From positions 1,746 through 65,745 of the forward strand of contig VYCF01000007.1 in assembly GCA_009844085.1 (NCBI GenBank): DNA of 64,000 nt. Direction: 5' to 3'. The DNA comes from Gammaproteobacteria bacterium. GTDB taxonomy: Bacteria; Pseudomonadota; Gammaproteobacteria; Pseudomonadales; Pseudohongiellaceae. Below, one piece after another: positions 58,524 through 64,000 of this stretch. The notes beneath the pieces are model-generated. The model was given only the letters and a program-made list of their open reading frames with translations, ran no database searches and was not told where the DNA came from. Position numbers and translations under genes: made by a program. Each line of letters starts with the position of its first letter. Position 1 is the stretch's first letter.

Positions 58524-61500
58524 TCAACCGGTGTTTTCGGCTTCGATTACCGCCCGCAAATCGGCAACATGAGTTTCGGTCAAGTACAATGTTACCGATT
58601 CCCCGGCGAGCGTGATGTCCAAGTCGTTTCCGTCCAGAGCGAGAAACCTGCCCTTTACTTCGTCCTTAGAGTTGTTGGCGTGTTTGAACATGGCCGCGTG
58701 ATTGGGGCACAGCGCAAGATAGTTCTGGTGGTGATGTCTCTCCAAGTCCGGGAAAAACTCCACCGCTTCAAAGTAGTAGTTCCCGTCATCGAGTTGAAAA
58801 GGCAGGCTGTCCCGGCACGCCTGACAGATCGTAACTTGATCGGTGTTGGTGTAGAGACTCCGAAGATAAGGTTTGGTCTTCTCCTCCTTGATCTGATCGC
58901 GGTTTTTTGAAATGGAACGTTGACGCATTTCGGTTTCGCGTTTGGGCGCTTGTTTAGCTTCCGCCCGAACCTTATTGGTTCTTCGATCCAGATCAGCGGA
59001 TTCGCGAGTGGGCAGTTCCACAGGCGATTGGAATTGTTCCAAGACTTTTCGTCTAGTTTCTGCCGACAAGGCTGCGAACTGTCGAACATCGTCAAGAGCG
59101 CCTAGGTCGCTAATTCCGAGTTCGGCAGCGATTTCCCGAGTCCTGCGAAGTTTTTCGGCACGCTCTTCAGTTTCAATTCCGAAGTCTATGGCCTTGAGCC
59201 AGTCCCAACCCGGATCGAAAGCGAATCCATCCGGCAGCAGGTCCTTTTGCGCATCTGGGGGGCGAACGAATTCGCCGGCATTTTGGGGGATCCAGGCGGA
59301 ATTTTTCAACTGGTGTACGAGTCGAGAATTAGCAGTATGCTCGTTGTTAGCCAAATTCTTCTTGAAAGTGGCTTTCAAGATGCTTTCGTTGAGATGCAGG
59401 TTGCTGAGCGTATTCCAGACAAGGCGGGAGAGCGCCATGCTCGGGGTTTCAAACATAACGTCGAGGTCGGGAATTACGAAGTCTTCGTCGATCCCGTAAT
59501 CTGTAAATCTCTCTCCCGGTGCGTTATGCAGGTGCTCCCTGTTTGGATTCGCATCGCAATTTACGGTGGCGATTTCGAGCCGGTCGGCCACACCGCAAGA
59601 CTGCGCGAATGGGATAAGCTGCTTCAGAGGGTCGAATTTCTGGTAGTTGGGAGACAACGCAATTCGCTCTGTTTCAATTTCCGGGTGGCCGTAATAGGAA
59701 TCTAATCCAGTTTTGAGATATGGACTGTCGAGATAAAGCAAACCAGGGCAATGCCAACCGCTGTCGGCCCCTTGGAATATGAAATACTTCTCAAAAAGTT
59801 TGATTGCACTTCTGTCTGTATTCGCCAAAGAAGTAAACCGATTCAAGTCGGATTCATGGATTGTCCACGGATGTTCTTGGTCGGAGTTGGCATATCGCTG
59901 CTTGAGGATGGCCTCAATTTGCTCGAATTCTCCGATTTCCTTGACCCCGATGCCTTCTAGGAAAGCTCTGGAATGTTTTTGCTCTGTATCCGTGCCCCCG
60001 CCAGCATAAGTATTTTTAGCAACTCGGGGGTGGATAGGGTCTTCGTGAATTTCCGGTGTAGGAAAATAGCATTCATGGCCTGTTCCGAATTCTCCGTCCG
60101 AGCGCCTGACGATACTGAGATTGTTGAAACGGTATAAATGGTCTCCCAGTTGCCGATGGAGGAAAGCATACAATTTTCGGTGCCACTCCTCTGGTTTCCG
60201 CCTCATCCAGTCGAGGAACGATTGGTCTGGCCCCTGCTTCCAAGTGTGGGTCAGATGACAAAAACCATTCGTCGTGGAGCAACGGTCCTTAAGTGTTTCC
60301 ATAAATTGCTCGACACCCCATTGCCCAACATCGAGATCATGTAGAAAGCGATCCACCCGGCTGTTCCGCTGCGTTGCGGCGACAGCCCAGTCCGGATCTC
60401 CATCGCAGTTATCGACAAGGAAGCGGAGATCATCGCGATCAAGCAAATCCTTCAGGCCAGCTTCTGCTTGTAGCAGTCGGCTGGCTGGCGCGTGGCCAAT
60501 GGCATGCGTTGGGGTAAGCGGTCGCTCGTTCATCGCTTTGACGATGGCAGTGCGTATGGGCTCGTAATTTTCAGGGACATCGTCATTGCTGTTTGGCAGC
60601 ACGGCAAGAAAATCCCGATCAAGCAGGCCGAAGTCACGGACAACTGTGAGTGACTGCGCCGCAAGTCGAGCGATCTGCTCGAAAAGAGGCTCGTTTGCGT
60701 CTGTCTTCTTGATGCTGGAGCGACTGAGTTCAGGGACGAAGGGTGCGTGGATATGGAAACGCATGTTCGAGGTTTCTTTCGCGGCCGTAAAATAGACTGC
60801 GACGCATCCTCGCTCTGCTGGGATGATGCGGAACCGGTTGGTCACGGAGCCGTGTTCAGCATGTCGCTGTTTTTCGGGCCTCGGTTCAAGCTCAAAGGCG
60901 ATGGCAACGTTCTGCCTTTCGAGATCTTCCACCTGTTCGCGGAAACTGAGGAAATGGGAAGTTTCGGTCGATCCACCGTCTATCTCGCGGAGAACTTCCA
61001 AGTGTTGATCGGAATTCGCAACTCTGAGCAAACGAACTTTTTTGTTTCCTTCAACCCGCCAATTGATCTCTTCGATGTTGGAAAGGAACAGCAGGGTTCT
61101 GTCGGAAATTTCCTCAAGACAGTCCCGTACTTCTGAAAAGGCTTGGGTCTTCGGCTTCTTTTCAGAATCGAACGGAAATTCGAATCGAGTGCAGCCGTGG
61201 AGCTTTGGGCAGGAGTGCAGCGCCGACGGGAGAACCATCTCGGAAATTTTGAATGAGTAACTCGGGGACCAGATATGCGGGGTCTCCGTGTATGCAAACA
61301 CAGCCTTGAATCCGATGCCGAAACGGCCGATCTGCTCGTCGTACTCTGCCTTGGTGCCTTCTCCGATATCGGTAATGGCTCGGATATCGGCTTCGTCGAA
61401 CTCGCGGCCGTTATGCTCGAACACAAGCTTATTTTCGGAAAGGCGAAAAGTGGTCTCCGAAGCACCGGTGTCCTCCGCATTCTGGAGCAGTTCGTATATG

Positions 61501-61613
61501 AAATGTGCGGAATCGGGATAGAGGTCCTCGACGATCCTTCGGATGCCGGCATGCTTCTTCAATACTCGGGCAAGATCCTCGCGATCTCGGCGAATGCGTT
61601 CGATAACACTCAC
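58524..61613 (-). CDS. 1029-aa GHKL (sacsin/MORC-like) ATPase with a C-terminal Cys/His HNH-like module
   Basis: GTG start overlapping the upstream TGA (GTGA at 61610-61613). Bergerat N-box ELLQNAEDT, then DIGEGTK, then GRFGIGFKAVF. The C-terminus reads CQAC...HHHQNYLALCPNH. Confidence 0.75.
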   Translation of the reverse strand: MSVIERIRRDREDLARVLKKHAGIRRIVEDLYPDSAHFIYELLQNAEDTGASETTFRLSENKLVFEHNGREFDEADIRAITDIGEGTKAEYDEQIGRFGIGFKAVFAYTETPHIWSPSYSFKISEMVLPSALHSCPKLHGCTRFEFPFDSEKKPKTQAFSEVRDCLEEISDRTLLFLSNIEEINWRVEGNKKVRLLRVANSDQHLEVLREIDGGSTETSHFLSFREQVEDLERQNVAIAFELEPRPEKQRHAEHGSVTNRFRIIPAERGCVAVYFTAAKETSNMRFHIHAPFVPELSRSSIKKTDANEPLFEQIARLAAQSLTVVRDFGLLDRDFLAVLPNSNDDVPENYEPIRTAIVKAMNERPLTPTHAIGHAPASRLLQAEAGLKDLLDRDDLRFLVDNCDGDPDWAVAATQRNSRVDRFLHDLDVGQWGVEQFMETLKDRCSTTNGFCHLTHTWKQGPDQSFLDWMRRKPEEWHRKLYAFLHRQLGDHLYRFNNLSIVRRSDGEFGTGHECYFPTPEIHEDPIHPRVAKNTYAGGGTDTEQKHSRAFLEGIGVKEIGEFEQIEAILKQRYANSDQEHPWTIHESDLNRFTSLANTDRSAIKLFEKYFIFQGADSGWHCPGLLYLDSPYLKTGLDSYYGHPEIETERIALSPNYQKFDPLKQLIPFAQSCGVADRLEIATVNCDANPNREHLHNAPGERFTDYGIDEDFVIPDLDVMFETPSMALSRLVWNTLSNLHLNESILKATFKKNLANNEHTANSRLVHQLKNSAWIPQNAGEFVRPPDAQKDLLPDGFAFDPGWDWLKAIDFGIETEERAEKLRRTREIAAELGISDLGALDDVRQFAALSAETRRKVLEQFQSPVELPTRESADLDRRTNKVRAEAKQAPKRETEMRQRSISKNRDQIKEEKTKPYLRSLYTNTDQVTICQACRDSLPFQLDDGNYYFEAVEFFPDLERHHHQNYLALCPNHAAMFKHANNSKDEVKGRFLALDGNDLDITLAGESVTLYLTETHVADLRAVIEAENTG

Positions 61614-64000
61614 GTCACGTCGTCCCGTGTGATGCGCAGCATGCCTTTGACAACCATGGTGGCGTGAATATCTGCGCTTTCTGACAACCTCTCCAACTCC
61701 GCAACCCGGCTCTCGTATTCGTAGTTGGCGCGCACCAATTCGCTTTGCCTCATACGACGAATCTTATAGTTGATCGCACCGCTGATTTGGTCTTCCAGCA
61801 ATTTGCATCGCGCTCGGTGACTGATTTCCAAACTATGCCGTCTATGTTCAAGGGCTTCCCGGTTGTTCGCAATATGATCCGCGCACGCGGAGCGCCATTC
61901 TCTGTGATGGTGGGTGTCGAGTTGATTCATCTCATCCTCGTCCGGCTGATTTCCGGCAGATACGTCCGCAGCGGTTTCCAGCAGGGTCAGCAAAACACTG
62001 TTCAAATTCGGATTTGGAGTGATGGCCACGAGAATGTCGTCCGACCGAACGCCGACCTTGCGCCAATGGTAGACAGCGAATGGGTATTCGCCTGGGGGGA
62101 CCGCTTCACTTTCGATACTTAGGCTGGCACGCACCACTCCTGAGGATTCCAAGAACCGCGCTGCCTGACGGACTAATGGGTGCAGAACATGCATGTAGAT
62201 GACTTCGGGTTTGTCAGCTGCGGTTTTCTGGTCAAACGTGACTTGCAACATGGGGTCTGCGCCTTTGAGCCACTTTTCCCACTGTCGGGAGACTGGGTCT
62301 ATTGGCCGAGGGTAGTCGTGCAAATCTTCAAGTAGACTCAATCGAATTTCCTTGCTGAGTCGAAGCGTCTTGAGGGCTCCATCACCTAGAAAAAAACTGC
62401 CGTCCATCTTCTTGGACAAGCTCGAAAGATAAGAGACGATACAACTTTGCAATGCATTCGGGGATAGCCAGAAGTTCTCGGCTTCCTCGATTTCCTCACG
62501 CCAGGATTGGTTGGGAACCGAAAGGCCAAACAGTTCCGAATGTTTCTCTTCAAGCGCGATTTCTTCCTGAACTTGGCGTATTTTATTGTCGCCGAGTTGC
62601 TGGAGACGTTCTTTGCGCTGCTCTGAGGTAAGAGTGAAGCTGTCGGCGATGTTATGTATCTCCCGGGTGATTTCTCCGAGAATCTCCTCGCTGCCGCCAA
62701 CGGCGTGATGAAACACGCCGATGCGTAAGAGGCAGCGCTGGTAGATTTCCGCGTCCACCGTGCCGGGTGTCACCAAATTAATGATTGCAACGCTGTCGCT
62801 TTGCTGACCGTAGCGGTCGATGCGGCCGATCCGCTGTTCGATGCGCATAGGGTTCCATGGCAGATCGTAGTTGATCAGCAGATCGCAGAACTGGAAGTCA
62901 AGTCCTTCGCAGCCGACTTCGGAGGACAGCAGAACATCAATCGCCTCCGGGTCATCCTTCGGAAGAGCGAAACGCCGACGCAAAGTTGAACGGTGGTCGT
63001 CAGGAACGCCGCCATGCACAAGGCCGTAGCGGATTCCGGCATCGGAAATGTATCGCTCAACATAAGCAAGTGTGTGGCGGAAGGTGCTGAAGACCAACGC
63101 TTTGTTGTTTTCCATTTGATCCTTGTCCCGCAGAACCTTAATAAATTCCAGCACCTTTGGGTCGAAAGGGTCGAGAGCCTTTGCCTGATCCAGCAATGCC
63201 TCAATATCCGCCTCGATCTCATTGAGGAACGCGGCATCTACGGGGGTCTCTCCATCAGGCCCATCCATGGCCTCAAGGCCGTCAAGTTTCACCGCCAGCA
63301 TGTCGCGCAAGAGGGGGGCGAGGCCGAAAATGCAACTTGCCGCCTGGCGACGTAGTGTGGACATCATGAATTTGACATTCTGCTCGCCGTGGGCATGCGC
63401 CAGAATACGGCTTACCACTTCAAGCAAGCCGTCATGCAATTGGCGCTGGCTCGGAGTGAACTCAGTCGTCAGCGTTTCCGGCTGACGTGTGGTGAAATCT
63501 CCGATGTCCCGGCGGCGCGTACGGTTGATCATCGGGCTGAAGGTATAAAGTTCCTCCAATGTACGGATTATGTGTATGCGGTTGGCATCGTCTATGTTTT
63601 GCTCGGCCATGCGATCATAGACATCTTGAAACGCTGGCGATTCTCGAAGAAACAAGCGCCCCCACTCGGTTCGCGCCGCATCGTCCAAGCATGCGCGGGC
63701 TTCGATGGACCAGCGAACCCCGCCTGTGCGGCAATGGCCGACGGCTGTGTTGATGAATCGGTTGGGCGCAGCCATCTGCTCGAAACTCGGTCGGTCGATG
63801 ATGAGGTCCGGTCGCAGAACATTTAGCAGAGTGAATAGATCTTGGCTTCCAAGTTGCACCGGCGTGGCGGTCAGGAAGACCGCGGCTTGGGAGTTGTCGC
63901 AAAAATACCGCACCGCTTGGTGGAGATAGGTGTCCGCGTTGCGTATATGGTGTGCCTCGTCGACAATCACCAGATCGAACCTTGGAGGTGGGTCGAGAGC
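61610..64000 (-). CDS. SNF2-family (SF2) helicase with a roughly 350-aa C-terminal extension; the N-terminus lies beyond the window
   Basis: The frame stays open to position 64000 (...LDPPPRFDLVIVDEAHHIRN, the DEAH box). FLTATPVQ, helicase-C motifs (LLSSEVGCEGLDFQ, DLPWNPMRIEQRIGRIDRYGQ). Confidence 0.85.
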   Translation of the reverse strand, partial: ALDPPPRFDLVIVDEAHHIRNADTYLHQAVRYFCDNSQAAVFLTATPVQLGSQDLFTLLNVLRPDLIIDRPSFEQMAAPNRFINTAVGHCRTGGVRWSIEARACLDDAARTEWGRLFLRESPAFQDVYDRMAEQNIDDANRIHIIRTLEELYTFSPMINRTRRRDIGDFTTRQPETLTTEFTPSQRQLHDGLLEVVSRILAHAHGEQNVKFMMSTLRRQAASCIFGLAPLLRDMLAVKLDGLEAMDGPDGETPVDAAFLNEIEADIEALLDQAKALDPFDPKVLEFIKVLRDKDQMENNKALVFSTFRHTLAYVERYISDAGIRYGLVHGGVPDDHRSTLRRRFALPKDDPEAIDVLLSSEVGCEGLDFQFCDLLINYDLPWNPMRIEQRIGRIDRYGQQSDSVAIINLVTPGTVDAEIYQRCLLRIGVFHHAVGGSEEILGEITREIHNIADSFTLTSEQRKERLQQLGDNKIRQVQEEIALEEKHSELFGLSVPNQSWREEIEEAENFWLSPNALQSCIVSYLSSLSKKMDGSFFLGDGALKTLRLSKEIRLSLLEDLHDYPRPIDPVSRQWEKWLKGADPMLQVTFDQKTAADKPEVIYMHVLHPLVRQAARFLESSGVVRASLSIESEAVPPGEYPFAVYHWRKVGVRSDDILVAITPNPNLNSVLLTLLETAADVSAGNQPDEDEMNQLDTHHHREWRSACADHIANNREALEHRRHSLEISHRARCKLLEDQISGAINYKIRRMRQSELVRANYEYESRVAELERLSESADIHATMVVKGMLRITRDDVT

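Noticed and set aside
58482-58910. A 142-aa plus-strand ORF in the convergent junction between the two island units.
   Set aside because: It overlaps the 3' end of the GHKL/HNH-like gene in antisense, exactly where that gene encodes its Cys/His module. It has no start context or motifs.

Overview
This is a high-GC chromosomal segment of a Gammaproteobacterium, probably marine or sediment-derived; my hand counts of single 60-nt samples give roughly 58-60% GC for the backbone. I call about 50 protein genes and one complete rRNA operon. The main blocks are:

- **1-5.1 kb:** a truncated nucleoside transporter, an ECF sigma / anti-sigma operon whose third gene fuses an LTXXQ (Spy/CpxP-like) domain to an M28 aminopeptidase, and an NHL-repeat protein.
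- **5.4-10.6 kb:** the rRNA operon, 16S - tRNA-Ala(TGC) - 23S - 5S, closed by a perfect 26-bp-arm palindromic terminator.
- **10.8-15.2 kb:** a visibly AT-richer MacB-type ABC efflux operon (ATPase, HlyD adaptor, double-FtsX permease).
- **15.3-24.5 kb:** a conserved cluster of unknown function (DUF3604, PPIase, HupE/UreJ), followed by a TonB-dependent receptor with PiuC.
- **24.5-34.5 kb:** assorted oxidoreductase and hydrolase genes, including a PQQ dehydrogenase with two YceI proteins, and gap translationally coupled to a GAPDH paralog that lacks the catalytic cysteine.
- **34.5-42.7 kb:** a trans-4-hydroxyproline/peptide catabolic locus.
- **42.8-50.9 kb:** a tandemly duplicated module (small CxxC membrane protein plus a TonB-dependent receptor with two His/Asp/Glu-rich inserts), followed by a ZIP transporter, a gamma-carbonic anhydrase and an MBL hydrolase. 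I read this as a probable zinc or other divalent-metal acquisition locus.
- **53.4 kb to the window end:** a compositionally different island. It holds a class II Fic protein, a 1247-aa RecD-like SF1 helicase with a cysteine-rich N-terminal domain and a C-terminal nuclease-like domain, and, convergently, a translationally coupled SNF2 helicase plus a 1029-aa GHKL-ATPase/HNH-like protein.

The island is the best candidate for an uncharacterised conflict or defence system. All functional calls come from motif recognition by eye; I ran no database search.
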